Below are positions 38,436 to 48,027 of a stretch of 64,000 nucleotides of DNA, one piece after another. The notes below the pieces were generated by a model that had not been told where the DNA came from, did no database searches, and saw only the letters and a program-made list of their open reading frames with translations. The stretch covers positions 39,256 to 103,255 of the forward strand of contig JANQJO010000079.1 in the NCBI GenBank assembly GCA_028281605.1. Direction: 5' to 3'. This DNA is from Pseudomonadales bacterium. GTDB taxonomy: Bacteria; Pseudomonadota; Gammaproteobacteria; Pseudomonadales; JANQJO01. The position numbers and the translations under genes were made by a program. Position 1 is the first letter of the stretch; every line of letters begins with the position of its first letter.

Positions 38436-40540
38436 GTTGAGCTCTCTTGCAAGTGTTTATTAGGGGGGCTGCTAGGCAGTAAGATGCTGAATACGGTTCC
38501 TTGATTTTCTAAACTTTCAACGAAGAGTTCTCCGTTGCAGTGTTGTATATATTGTTTGGCCTGGAACATGCCAAGCCCCATGCCGGTTAAACCTTTAGTG
38601 CTATAAAATGGTTTAAACAGTTGTGTTTGAATGAATTCAGAGCTCATCCCGTGTCCAGAGTCTGTAATGGTAATAAGGTTGCTGCTTTGATTATATTGTT
38701 TTAAGGTGATGGTGACTGTGCCGTTGATGTGGGCAGCTTCTTGGGCATTAATGATTAAATTCAGAAAGGCTGTTTTTAATTCTTGTCTGTTGCCCTGGGT
38801 AAAGGCTTGTGGTATTTCTTCATTGCTGAATTGTGGTATGGGTTGTTTGTGTTTGAGTTCTGATATTAACTCTGTCAGTAGTGGTTTAAGGTCAATAATC
38901 TCTGTTTTCAATTGAGTTTCAGGGGCTTTTAGATGCCCTAAAATACGTTGCATTTTAGTGATTGTATGCTCAATGGTTTGTATCATATCTTGGATGAAAT
39001 GAGGATTGTCAAGGTGCTTATGAGCATTTTGGGTCAACATAGACAGTTGGCTGATTATGGTTTTAAGATCGTGAACAAAAAAAGCTGACATTTGATGTAC
39101 CGCATCAAAACGCTGAGCGCGTGCTAATTGTTCAGAAGCAGTGGCTAAATACAAATGTCCGGCACCTTGTCTGGCAACGGTTTTGATAAAGTCGTAATTC
39201 TCCCAGTTGAGTTGGAGTTTGGCTCTGGGCTTGGCTAAGATGACGAATCCGCTCAGACGATTATGTACTGGCAGGGGAATTAATAACCAAGCATTGTCGT
39301 TTTTTGTCAGCCAATTAGGTAATGTGGGCAAGTGATTGTTGGAGTGTTCTGATTGCTCGTGTAAATTCAGTACTCGATCGCTTGTTTGCCAATATTGTAC
39401 CAGCTGCAAGAAATCACAACTGGGCATGATTTTGGGAAGTGAAAAAATTGTATTGTAGGCTAGTTCGTATTGATCTTTCTCGTTTTTATACCACAGTGCG
39501 CCTCCAGTGCTTTCAACACAGTTGGCCAATAGTTTGATGATTTGGTGTGACATTTGCCACAAGTCAATAGCGTCACTTAAGCTGTGGGTGACTTCTAGCC
39601 ATTGTTCACGATAATCGTATTGATAGGGCAGAAAATGTCGATTGAGAAAGATTGATACTTTTGCTCTCACTTTGCCTGAGAATAACAAGCAGAAGAGAAA
39701 AATTGTGCTGCTTGCTAAGAACAGTATTTGTAAGAATTGACCCCATGAACCACCAAATAGTTTGAAATAGTAACCAGCTAAAGCCATCAGTATTAAATAT
39801 AAACTGGCGATAAGTAAAATGCTGGTGTGAAAGACGATTTTGTGTGATAGCGCTAAGGTTTGATTGCGATACTTTCTTCTAGAAAATGAAATGTAAAACA
39901 AAGGAATAACCAGTGAGTAAACGGCACCCCTGGCTTGCCACCAATTGTTTTGGAGCTCGTTAGATAAAACGGTGTAAGAATACAGTAAGAAATCGTAAGA
40001 ATACAGCGCGCCCAGACCTAAGCAAAAAAACTTAATATGCCATACTTCTGCAGGGTCTGCATTACGTATTACTTGCTCTATTAACACGAGAAAGGTTATT
40101 GCGGTGAGTAGTAATGAAAAGGCTAGAGCTTTGTGATTCCACCAGAATATTGGATGATTTTGAGTGGTGAACCATTGGAGTAATACAATCAGTGTTTGTA
40201 TTGCAATAAGAATGAAGCCAAATCGGAGCCAGCGCCTGATCGGGCTTTTTGCATCTGTGGTGATGGGGCGCAGTAAACCCGATAGGGCTATTAGCCAGAA
40301 ACAGTTGCGTAATGCTTCAAAGGATTGTGACAGTGTTAATAGTTGTGAGTGTTGAGTGTGCTGGGGTAATAAGAAAATACAAGCAGTGACGATGCCCCAG
40401 ATGCCTGTCGTAGTGACAGCGATGAGTATGGGCTTCTCAGGCAATGGTTTGCTTTTAAGCGGCCAAAGCATGATGCCAACCAATGCCATATAAAGGAAAC
40501 CACCGGCAAAGTGACTGATTAAACCGACGAGATGTTCCAT
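38432..40540 (-). CDS. prsK: Multi-TM sensor histidine kinase, PEP-CTERM system type (PrsK)
   Basis: About 300 aa of polytopic N-terminus, a GAF-like middle, H-box FFVHDLKT, N-box NLIINAQEA, and G-boxes DSGHGM / GMGLGMF. 702 aa. Confidence 0.8.
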   Translation of the reverse strand: MEHLVGLISHFAGGFLYMALVGIMLWPLKSKPLPEKPILIAVTTTGIWGIVTACIFLLPQHTQHSQLLTLSQSFEALRNCFWLIALSGLLRPITTDAKSPIRRWLRFGFILIAIQTLIVLLQWFTTQNHPIFWWNHKALAFSLLLTAITFLVLIEQVIRNADPAEVWHIKFFCLGLGALYSYDFLLYSYTVLSNELQNNWWQARGAVYSLVIPLFYISFSRRKYRNQTLALSHKIVFHTSILLIASLYLILMALAGYYFKLFGGSWGQFLQILFLASSTIFLFCLLFSGKVRAKVSIFLNRHFLPYQYDYREQWLEVTHSLSDAIDLWQMSHQIIKLLANCVESTGGALWYKNEKDQYELAYNTIFSLPKIMPSCDFLQLVQYWQTSDRVLNLHEQSEHSNNHLPTLPNWLTKNDNAWLLIPLPVHNRLSGFVILAKPRAKLQLNWENYDFIKTVARQGAGHLYLATASEQLARAQRFDAVHQMSAFFVHDLKTIISQLSMLTQNAHKHLDNPHFIQDMIQTIEHTITKMQRILGHLKAPETQLKTEIIDLKPLLTELISELKHKQPIPQFSNEEIPQAFTQGNRQELKTAFLNLIINAQEAAHINGTVTITLKQYNQSSNLITITDSGHGMSSEFIQTQLFKPFYSTKGLTGMGLGMFQAKQYIQHCNGELFVESLENQGTVFSILLPSSPPNKHLQESST

Positions 40541-40582
40541 GTGTTAGTGTTAATAGTCAATTTTTAAAGAAAGTGTTGAATG

Positions 40583-40608
40583 TGCCGGTGCCAGTGTTGG
40601 CACCGGTA
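40583..40608 (-). other. GC-rich stem-loop between prsT and prsK
   Basis: CCGGTGCC (40585-40592) and GGCACCGG (40599-40606) are exact complements around a 6-nt loop, with two more flanking pairs. No clear U-tract follows on the minus strand. Confidence 0.5.
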
Positions 40609-40626
40609 AAGTAAGTTCTATCCTTT

Positions 40627-42993
40627 TCATTGTTGAGTCAAGGCGGTTTTTTGTGTTTTTGATGCTTGCTCGTAATGTTTTTTAATTTCTGGATGGTTGG
40701 GGGCTTTTTCAAGTGCTTTTTTCAAGTGAGGGATGGCCTCTTCATGATAGCCATTTTTAAAGAGAATCCAGCCATAGGTATCGAGTATGTTGGGGTCTTC
40801 TGGTGCTAGTTTGTAAGCTTTTTCTGCCGTGTCCAGTGCTTTATTATCTGATTTTTCAAAGTATAACCAGGCTAAATTATTATAAACTAAAGCTGATTTT
40901 ATTTTTTGTTCTACTAGTTGTTCGTACATATGTATGGCTGACCCTTTAATACCAACACGCTGGTAAGCTAAAGCTAGAGCTAATTTGGCATTGGCGTTTT
41001 CTGGTTCAGTTTCGACCCAGGTTTCTAGATGTTTTAAGCTGGCGTGGCTTTTGGTGCCGTGTTCTAGTTGTGCATTAAACAATCTTAGGCCCAAAGTGTG
41101 ATTTTTTGACAGATCCCAAGCTGCTTTGTAGGCGGTGATGGCTTCAGGTAAATGTTTCCCTTGAAGTTTTAAATCTCCTAGTAAAGTTTGCCCTACTCCA
41201 GAGTTAGGGTGTGCTTTGATAATATTAGAAATGGCTTGTTCACTGGCTTGTTCACCACCTATTTTGTAGGCTAGCTTAGATTTGTAAACCAGCATTTTTA
41301 GGTTATTTTCATCATAACTTAGCGCCTGTTTTAGTGTGTCCATTGCTTGACTCCAGTTTTTTTGGCTGGCATAAACTTGGGTTTGGGCAAAGTAGGCCGC
41401 TGTAAGAGCTTTAGTGGTTTTTTCTTCCTTTGGAAACTGTTGATATACTTTTTGTGCATTTGAGATGGCTTGTTGAAATTGATTTTTTAAAATTAATGCT
41501 GCAATATGGCTCACACGTGGTTGCAAGACTTTGGGGTGTTTTTTTATAACTTCTTGTAGAGCTGAAGGGGAATCTGTTTTCAGTAGGTGCTCAACTTGAA
41601 TAATACCTTGAAGTGCACGTACGTCATTGGGATTCTCTAAAGCTATTTTTAAGTAGTTGTCTTTGGCTTGTTGATAGTGTTTGCCTTTTATTTGAATAAA
41701 GGCTAAGGCGTTTAAAGCTTGTCGGTGATTTGGGTCTTTTGTCAAGGTCTTAGTTAGAAGAGATTCTGCGTCTTCGTATTTTCCTGATTGAACGTGTGCG
41801 GTTGCCAACATAGCCTGCACATCCAAGTCGTCTGGTTGTTTTTCGAGAATTTCTTTTAAATGAGTGATTGCTTGTTCTGATTTTCCTGATTTAAGATAAG
41901 TGATTGCTAGGAGTTTTGCTGAATTTTCGGCGACATAGTCTGTGCCTGCTGAAGACTCTAGCAGTATTTCTGCGTTTTCATAATCACCTTGTGTGAGTTT
42001 GATCATGCCCAATGCAGCTGTGATAGTTGGGTTGTTTGGGGTTAAGGCCAGCAGCTCTTCTAGTTGCGCCACCGCTTCAGTAGCTTCACCTGATTTATAA
42101 CGATTGATGGCCTCAGCATATTGAGAAATGATGCGTTTTTGTGGCGTTTCATTGAGTGTCTTGGAAAAACGGATGGCGTCTTCTGATTTGCCTTGGGCAA
42201 TGAGTGCGTTGACGATGCCTTCAAGGGCTATGTACTTATGTGCTGTAATAACATCATAATGTCCTACTTGTAAGAGTATGTCTGAATAGTGTTGTTCTGC
42301 ATCGGGCCAGTTTTCTTTAAGCGTGTCTATGCGTGCTTGCAGTAGCATAATATTGATATTTTCAGAGTCGTGTTCTGCGGCTGTCATTAAATATTTATCG
42401 GCTTCACGAAGCTTTTTTTGGCTAAAAGCAATTTCGGCTTTACCTAGCCAGGCTTGCGAATTTTCAGGGTGTTGATCAAGAATGGCTTGATAAAGGCGTA
42501 AGGCGGTTTCGTTATTTTGTTTACCTTGAGTTATTTTGGCTTGTAAGAGCTTAGCCGCCTCACTGGTTTTGAAGGTACTAGGTTGTTGATCCAAAGCTTG
42601 TTCAACATCGTCAATGTGATTGGATAGTAGCATTGATTCTGCCCACTTTAAAAACACTGTAGTGTCGTTTGGTTTCTTTTTCAGCACATTGTCATAATGC
42701 TGCTGAGCCTGTTTATGGCTGCTCATGGTTTGAAAAATATCACCCAGAGTTTCCATAGCTTTGAGGTCAGTGGGGTCTTTTTGTAAAGCATTTTTAGCTT
42801 CAATAATACTGGCCTGAAACTGTCCTTGGCTGAGGTAAGATTGAGCTAAGTGAATGTGATGTTGAGCTTGGCTTTGTGTGTTTTCTTCTTCACTACAGCC
42901 TGTGATCAAGAAAAGTAAAGTGAGTGCTAGAGTGCGGATTTTAAAAAGTTGGGCAAAGGAGTTTTGTTGAGAAGTGGCTTGATCGATCATCAT
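40627..42993 (-). CDS. prsT: TPR-repeat lipoprotein, PEP-CTERM system type (PrsT)
   Basis: Lipobox LITGC, then about 750 aa of consecutive TPR-like repeats. The prsT-prsK-prsR gene order matches the described system. Confidence 0.75.
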   Translation of the reverse strand: MMIDQATSQQNSFAQLFKIRTLALTLLFLITGCSEEENTQSQAQHHIHLAQSYLSQGQFQASIIEAKNALQKDPTDLKAMETLGDIFQTMSSHKQAQQHYDNVLKKKPNDTTVFLKWAESMLLSNHIDDVEQALDQQPSTFKTSEAAKLLQAKITQGKQNNETALRLYQAILDQHPENSQAWLGKAEIAFSQKKLREADKYLMTAAEHDSENINIMLLQARIDTLKENWPDAEQHYSDILLQVGHYDVITAHKYIALEGIVNALIAQGKSEDAIRFSKTLNETPQKRIISQYAEAINRYKSGEATEAVAQLEELLALTPNNPTITAALGMIKLTQGDYENAEILLESSAGTDYVAENSAKLLAITYLKSGKSEQAITHLKEILEKQPDDLDVQAMLATAHVQSGKYEDAESLLTKTLTKDPNHRQALNALAFIQIKGKHYQQAKDNYLKIALENPNDVRALQGIIQVEHLLKTDSPSALQEVIKKHPKVLQPRVSHIAALILKNQFQQAISNAQKVYQQFPKEEKTTKALTAAYFAQTQVYASQKNWSQAMDTLKQALSYDENNLKMLVYKSKLAYKIGGEQASEQAISNIIKAHPNSGVGQTLLGDLKLQGKHLPEAITAYKAAWDLSKNHTLGLRLFNAQLEHGTKSHASLKHLETWVETEPENANAKLALALAYQRVGIKGSAIHMYEQLVEQKIKSALVYNNLAWLYFEKSDNKALDTAEKAYKLAPEDPNILDTYGWILFKNGYHEEAIPHLKKALEKAPNHPEIKKHYEQASKTQKTALTQQ

Positions 42994-43134
42994 ATTGATT
43001 ATTCCGTAATCAGCATTGGTTGATTTATGCTTTGTAAATAGGGGTTTTATGATAACTAGTTAAAGGTTAGAAGTCACGTTGTAAGAATTAAGTCAATGGG
43101 TATGCTTTCAGGCTATAACAATGGCGTGTCATGG

Positions 43135-43143
43135 TGATATAAT
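43135..43143 (+). promoter_or_regulatory. Extended -10 promoter element (TGATATAAT) upstream of the BNR-protein gene
   Basis: Exact TGnTATAAT about 75 nt upstream of ATG 43219. Confidence 0.35.
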
Positions 43144-43218
43144 CGGCACTTTTTTTGTAGTTTACTGTTAAGAAGTTGAGAAGAGGAGTTTGCAATCGTA
43201 TTAAGTACGCAAAAATTT

Positions 43219-44424
43219 ATGAGTCTTAGGGCTTTAGGGTGTTTGTGGGTCATAGCCAGTGTGTTTGGGTTTGTGGATGTGGCGCATTGGTCGACTGAGG
43301 GTCTTTATGCGAGTTATCAGGTTACGTCTTTGCCTTCATCAAAACAGAGATCGGGTTTGCATAAGGAGGAGCCAAAGTATTTAGAGCGTATGATAGGCGC
43401 GGCTGGTCAGCCACTGGTGCACAGTGCTACTTTGGCCTGGATGTCTGCTACGAAAGAGCTATATGCTTATTGGTATGGGGGCAGCCGTGAAGGCGCCAGA
43501 GACGTTGCTATTTATACAGCAAAGTATCGGTTGGGTGAGGATCAGTGGAGTGAACCTAAGCAACTGTTGACAACTCAAAGAGTACAAGTCCAACTACAAC
43601 GTTTTATTAAAAAGTTGGGTAACCCTGTGGCGTTTACTGATGCTGAGCAGAGGATTTGGTTGTTTTTTGTCACTGTTTCTGTAGGGGGATGGGCCGGCAG
43701 TGCTGTTAATTATATGGTCTCGGATGATGGAGGCCAAAGCTTTGGCCCCATTCAGCGCTTGGTAACGACACCTTTTTTAAATATCAGCACGCTGGTTAAA
43801 AACCATCCTGTTATGGTGCAAAATGGCAATATAGTATTGCCTGTGTATCATGAGTTTATGGGTAAGTTTGCTGAATTGTTGCTGCTAAGTGATCAGGGCC
43901 AAGTGCTGACTAAGAAGCGCCTTACTTGGGGGAGAGATGCTTTGCAGCCTGTATTGTTGCCTTTGAATGAGCAAGAGGCGGTGGTGTATATGCGTTTTGC
44001 CGGTATTGAGCCTAACAGAATATTGTATGTTGCCACACAAGATGCGGGTGTTCATTTTTCTAAGCCAACTAAGCTTGCATTACCTAATCCGAATGCGGCC
44101 GTAGCAGCAGTGCGGTTGAACAGTCAAGAGTTGTTGATGGTTTACAATAATTCTCTGACTCATCGTAATGTTTTATCTTTGTCTTTTGCTGAGGGTTCTG
44201 CATTGGCTGAGGGCTCTCTTGAACGGTGGTTTTGGTTGTACGACTTTGAGCGTACGGAAAATGAGCTTGATCGTTTTTCTTATCCAGTTTTGTTGCAAGA
44301 CGATGAGGGCTCGATACACGTGATGTACTCTTATAATCGAAGAAACATTAAGCATGTAGAGTTTAATGAGGCTTGGTTACGGCAACAGGTCGTACGCCAT
44401 CAGTTACAGAGAGAGGAACGATAA
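43219..44424 (+). CDS. BNR/Asp-box repeat protein (sialidase-like beta-propeller)
   Basis: Signal-like N-terminus, with Asp-boxes VSDDGGQSFG and TQDAGVHFS. 401 aa. Confidence 0.6.
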   Translation: MSLRALGCLWVIASVFGFVDVAHWSTEGLYASYQVTSLPSSKQRSGLHKEEPKYLERMIGAAGQPLVHSATLAWMSATKELYAYWYGGSREGARDVAIYTAKYRLGEDQWSEPKQLLTTQRVQVQLQRFIKKLGNPVAFTDAEQRIWLFFVTVSVGGWAGSAVNYMVSDDGGQSFGPIQRLVTTPFLNISTLVKNHPVMVQNGNIVLPVYHEFMGKFAELLLLSDQGQVLTKKRLTWGRDALQPVLLPLNEQEAVVYMRFAGIEPNRILYVATQDAGVHFSKPTKLALPNPNAAVAAVRLNSQELLMVYNNSLTHRNVLSLSFAEGSALAEGSLERWFWLYDFERTENELDRFSYPVLLQDDEGSIHVMYSYNRRNIKHVEFNEAWLRQQVVRHQLQREER

Positions 44425-44429
44425 ATTTC

Positions 44430-45029
44430 GTGGATATACTTTGGTATGTGTATGTGACTTGGTTGCCTGTATTGTTTGCTTGTTGTTGGGCATTATTGTG
44501 TTCTATTAGCCAGTTGAACCTTCGTTTGTGCTTGTGCATGGTTTGTATGGGGCTTGTTTTTACAGTATCGATTGCGAATGCCAGTGTATTTTATCATTTG
44601 CGGGGATTGTTGAGTGAGCCGAGTTGGGCTCTGGTGGGTTTCAGCTTATTGTATTTAGCAAGGGAGTTAAGTAACCGGCAGCTGCAAAAGCGAACCGTTT
44701 ACACTTTTTCTTGGGCTGTTGTTTTTTTTGGCTATAGTTTATACCCTTTGGCTTTGGGGTTAACTTACATGGATTCCTATGCCTTGGGGTATGAGCCATG
44801 GGTGGCTTTGGTATTGGCAGGGGGGTTGTTGCTTGCCTGGTGGTTTACCAGAACGCTTATTGTGCCACTTTGGCTGACAACGGCTTTATTTGCTTATGCT
44901 TACCAATTCGGTGAGAGTCCAAATCTGTGGGATTATATTATTGACCCTTTTGCTTTTATTGTAGCCCATATGTATATTGCTCGAAGTTTATGGGCTCACT
45001 ATAAAAAACGGCGTGAGGTGATTGAGTAG
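44430..45029 (+). CDS. Polytopic membrane protein, unknown function
   Basis: Five or six hydrophobic segments. The start is uncertain: GTG 44430 lies just after the upstream stop, while the ORF track begins at 44373. Confidence 0.5.
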   Translation: MDILWYVYVTWLPVLFACCWALLCSISQLNLRLCLCMVCMGLVFTVSIANASVFYHLRGLLSEPSWALVGFSLLYLARELSNRQLQKRTVYTFSWAVVFFGYSLYPLALGLTYMDSYALGYEPWVALVLAGGLLLAWWFTRTLIVPLWLTTALFAYAYQFGESPNLWDYIIDPFAFIVAHMYIARSLWAHYKKRREVIE

Positions 45030-45703
45030 TGACTGTATTAGAGAAAGTTGTGTTGATTTATGGTGGTATTTTTTTGGGTTTGGGGGTTATATTGTCTGTA
45101 GTTAATCAACCTTATTTTGATACTATTTATACATTAGAAGATGGTGTTTTAGAGTGGTTGACGGTGATGGCGTTGGCTACGGTGTTTGCTGTTACCGTGA
45201 AACGCTTGTATGTTGGTTTTGTTCGTTTTAGTGGGATGCAGAGAGTTGTGTTGGTTTTAATTGCTTTGTTGTTTTGTTTTGGTGCAGGGGAAGAAATCTC
45301 TTGGGGGCAACGTTTATTTCAAATTGAAAGTGGTGCATTTTTCCAAAAATATAATTCGCAGGGTGAAACAAATTTGCATAATTTGATGCTGGGAGAGACC
45401 AAGGTGAACAAGTTGGTTTTTGGTAAAATGTTGGCTTTGATTTTTTCATTTTATTTGTTGGTTTTGACGCCGCTTTATCACAGGTCCGACCGTGTTCGCC
45501 TGTTTATTGATGCGTGGGCCATTCCTATTCCACAGCGTTACCAATGGATAGGGTACTTAGTAGTGGTGTTGACAGTTGAGGGGGTCGTTAATGTGTTATC
45601 AGAAACATCTAAGCGAGGTGAGTTGACAGAATTTTCAGCAGCTTTGATTGTTATGTTGAATCTGCTTTATCCGTATAATTCCAAAGCGCTAGAGCCTGTT
45701 TGA
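45029..45703 (+). CDS. Polytopic membrane protein with GEEISWGQR motif, unknown function
   Basis: The GTG start overlaps the upstream TAG by 1 nt (TAGTG). Several TM segments. Confidence 0.55.
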   Translation: MTVLEKVVLIYGGIFLGLGVILSVVNQPYFDTIYTLEDGVLEWLTVMALATVFAVTVKRLYVGFVRFSGMQRVVLVLIALLFCFGAGEEISWGQRLFQIESGAFFQKYNSQGETNLHNLMLGETKVNKLVFGKMLALIFSFYLLVLTPLYHRSDRVRLFIDAWAIPIPQRYQWIGYLVVVLTVEGVVNVLSETSKRGELTEFSAALIVMLNLLYPYNSKALEPV

Positions 45704-45871
45704 TTTTTCTATTTATCGAAGATCATGGCATGTAACAGATACACGACTTTCTGTATATAATCTTTATTTGTTTTTCATGTGCAGATAGATAATTGTCATG
45801 CGAATACAAGTGATATTTTGGACAATATTATTTTGGCGCTTGATGCATAGGAATTTATTTCGTGTTCGTTC

Positions 45872-47167
45872 CTAAGTGAAATTTAAGTCGTTGTATGAAT
45901 CTAAGTTCAATCGTTTGTGCGCCAATAGCATGCTCCATATACTGTGTATAATAATTCCTGCACAAAAGATTAGAGTGGCAATTTCAACAGTACCTATTTT
46001 TATAATCGTTAGATTTAAGAAGATACTGAGTAAACTTGTCCATAAAGTAATATGAAGCATGTCTTTTTCATGACCTGTCATTAATAGTAAAGAGCTAAAC
46101 TGGCTGTTCCAAATTAAAACAAATAAAGCAGCACAAAAAAATTGTAGACATACTTTTGCTTGTAAAAATTCAGGGCCAAATAAGCTGAGGGTTATTTCTG
46201 GGAATAAAAAAATCAAAGTTGAAATAGGTAGTAAAAAAGCACGTAATAAAAAACTGTTTTTTTTTACTTGTTTATACAGTGTTTGATATTTTTTAGCATT
46301 AAAAGATTCAGCATATTGTCTGTAGCTAATGCAGTTCATAGAAGAAATAAAGATAGTAATAAAACCAAAAATAGTGCTGCAAGCACCGATTAAACCGATA
46401 GCATGATTGTCTAAATATAATACCCATAATAGGCTCGATGATACAAAGCCAAGATAAGACAAAAGGTCAATTAACATGTGCCGAAAAGACCTTGGTATTA
46501 ATTGTTTAGGCATGAGTGTTTTTGCGGGAATTTTAGATTGAATTTTTTTAACGATCAGTATTGTCGATAATAGAGCCAATAGAGTTATAGATCCGGTAAA
46601 ATATAATAAGAGAGTATAAAAGTCTAATGTTTGCTGAACTTGGAGGTGTGTTAAGCATAGGCATAAAGTAGCTAAAGGGATAAGAAGCGTTTCCAGTAAA
46701 AAAGCGCTGTATACAGCATTAAGTGCTTTGAGTACACAGTAATTGAAAAGATGTAGAAGATTTGCGAGGAAAATCCAAGCAATTAACTTAATAATTTTTT
46801 TTTCATTAGGGTGTTTAAAAAATAATTGCGTTAAAGGGTCTGTGAATAAAAAGAAAAAAGTGGAGATAATTGCGCCAAGTATAAAGATTATTTTTAAACA
46901 CCGTGTGTATAGCTGAAAAACAAAGGTTAAGTCAGTCTCTGCAAAAGGTTTGCTTGCATAAAAAATGAACGAAGTGCCAAGGCCGAATCGGCCTAACATA
47001 CCAAAAAAAGCCAATAAGCTGATTGTGATGTTGAAACTACCTATACCCCAAGGTCCAAATTGGCGACTGATCAGTGCTGCTAACACGATGCTGATGCTTT
47101 TACCAATAAGGCCTAATGTTGATAAATACAGCAATTGTTTGGTTGGGGCGGTGTCATCATTTGGCAT
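45872..47167 (-). CDS. MOP-superfamily (Wzx-like) polysaccharide/oligosaccharide flippase
   Basis: 431 aa with about 12 hydrophobic segments. N-terminal LSTLGLIGKSISIVLAALISRQFG is typical of polysaccharide biosynthesis (Polysacc_synt) proteins. Confidence 0.6.
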   Translation of the reverse strand: MPNDDTAPTKQLLYLSTLGLIGKSISIVLAALISRQFGPWGIGSFNITISLLAFFGMLGRFGLGTSFIFYASKPFAETDLTFVFQLYTRCLKIIFILGAIISTFFFLFTDPLTQLFFKHPNEKKIIKLIAWIFLANLLHLFNYCVLKALNAVYSAFLLETLLIPLATLCLCLTHLQVQQTLDFYTLLLYFTGSITLLALLSTILIVKKIQSKIPAKTLMPKQLIPRSFRHMLIDLLSYLGFVSSSLLWVLYLDNHAIGLIGACSTIFGFITIFISSMNCISYRQYAESFNAKKYQTLYKQVKKNSFLLRAFLLPISTLIFLFPEITLSLFGPEFLQAKVCLQFFCAALFVLIWNSQFSSLLLMTGHEKDMLHITLWTSLLSIFLNLTIIKIGTVEIATLIFCAGIIIHSIWSMLLAHKRLNLDSYNDLNFT

Positions 47168-47558
47168 GTGTTAGCGAATCATTCAGTATTTTTTGTAACG
47201 CAGATTTGTAATCTGTTTGCTGAATTTGCTGGAAATGTTGATTGGCAAAAATAGATCCAAAAAAATACTGGTCGTAAATTTTTATAGAATGGCTTAGATT
47301 AATTTTGAATTCTTCAAAGCCTTTTGTAAAAGCTTTGAAGTGAGGATGTTCAGTATTTATTTGTTTGTCTGTATTGATAAATTTTATAGAGGTAACAGGG
47401 AAAAGTTTAGCTATTTTGATGAAAAGTATTTGAAGGTTTGTGGGTTGAAAGTGCAAATGAGAACTGATTTTGCTGCCTGCGGTGAAAAAATTCCCTTTTT
47501 GTAACAGGTCAGTTGATTCTTTTATTAGAAATTTCAGTGCTGTATTGCTTGTTTGCAT
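47157..47558 (-). CDS. Hypothetical protein
   Basis: 133-aa ORF overlapping the flippase start by 11 nt. No motif recognised. Confidence 0.35.
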   Translation of the reverse strand: MQTSNTALKFLIKESTDLLQKGNFFTAGSKISSHLHFQPTNLQILFIKIAKLFPVTSIKFINTDKQINTEHPHFKAFTKGFEEFKINLSHSIKIYDQYFFGSIFANQHFQQIQQTDYKSALQKILNDSLTHAK

Positions 47559-48027
47559 AGTTTTTATTGGCCTATTGGTTATTTTAAAGTCTCTTAATTT
47601 TAAGTGTACCTGTATGTGTTGTTGTATTTCAAATTATTCATGAATCAATCATGATGTGATTAGGTAGACTTTTTCTTAAGGTTTGTATATCTTGGTCAGT
47701 TCTCCATTTTTTTCTCCAACTGAACAGATTGATAAAGTTCATCGGCAGAAATTGTGTAGAGTTAATTAAAAAGGTGCGTGAAGTAGAAGATGCGTTTTGG
47801 AAAAGTGATGCGATTTTAGATAACGACACCTAAAGAAAATGTGGTCGCTTTATGAGCAGAAACTTCTGTCAGGTCAATTCCAGGCCCCTATAGTCTAGCG
47901 GGAGTGGCTGTAATTTTGCTTTTAATATTGACAATTGATTAGCCAGATGCTTTGTTATCAGTATTGAATTCAATATGCACTTAAGTGAGATTTTAGTGAT
48001 TAAATAATGTTCTAAGGATGCTATACT

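Noticed and set aside
43144-43159. A sigma-54-like -24/-12 element CGGCAC-N5-TTGTA upstream of the BNR gene, a possible PrsR target.
   Set aside because: The -12 element reads GT instead of the highly conserved GC, and the first T of TGGCAC is missing. A perfect extended -10 sigma-70 element lies immediately adjacent. It is too weak to call without a PWM scan.
44430-45703. Whether the two polytopic membrane proteins next to prsT could be a split or divergent exosortase.
   Set aside because: Neither contains the conserved Cys-containing (CSG-like) active-site motif nor the Arg/His pattern I associate with exosortases, and both are much shorter than XrtA.
47638-47829. A 63-aa minus-strand ORF upstream of ORF 47157-47558, possibly a fragment of a decayed polysaccharide-modification gene.
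   Set aside because: No recognisable motif and no convincing start context. The evidence is insufficient to call a gene or pseudogene.
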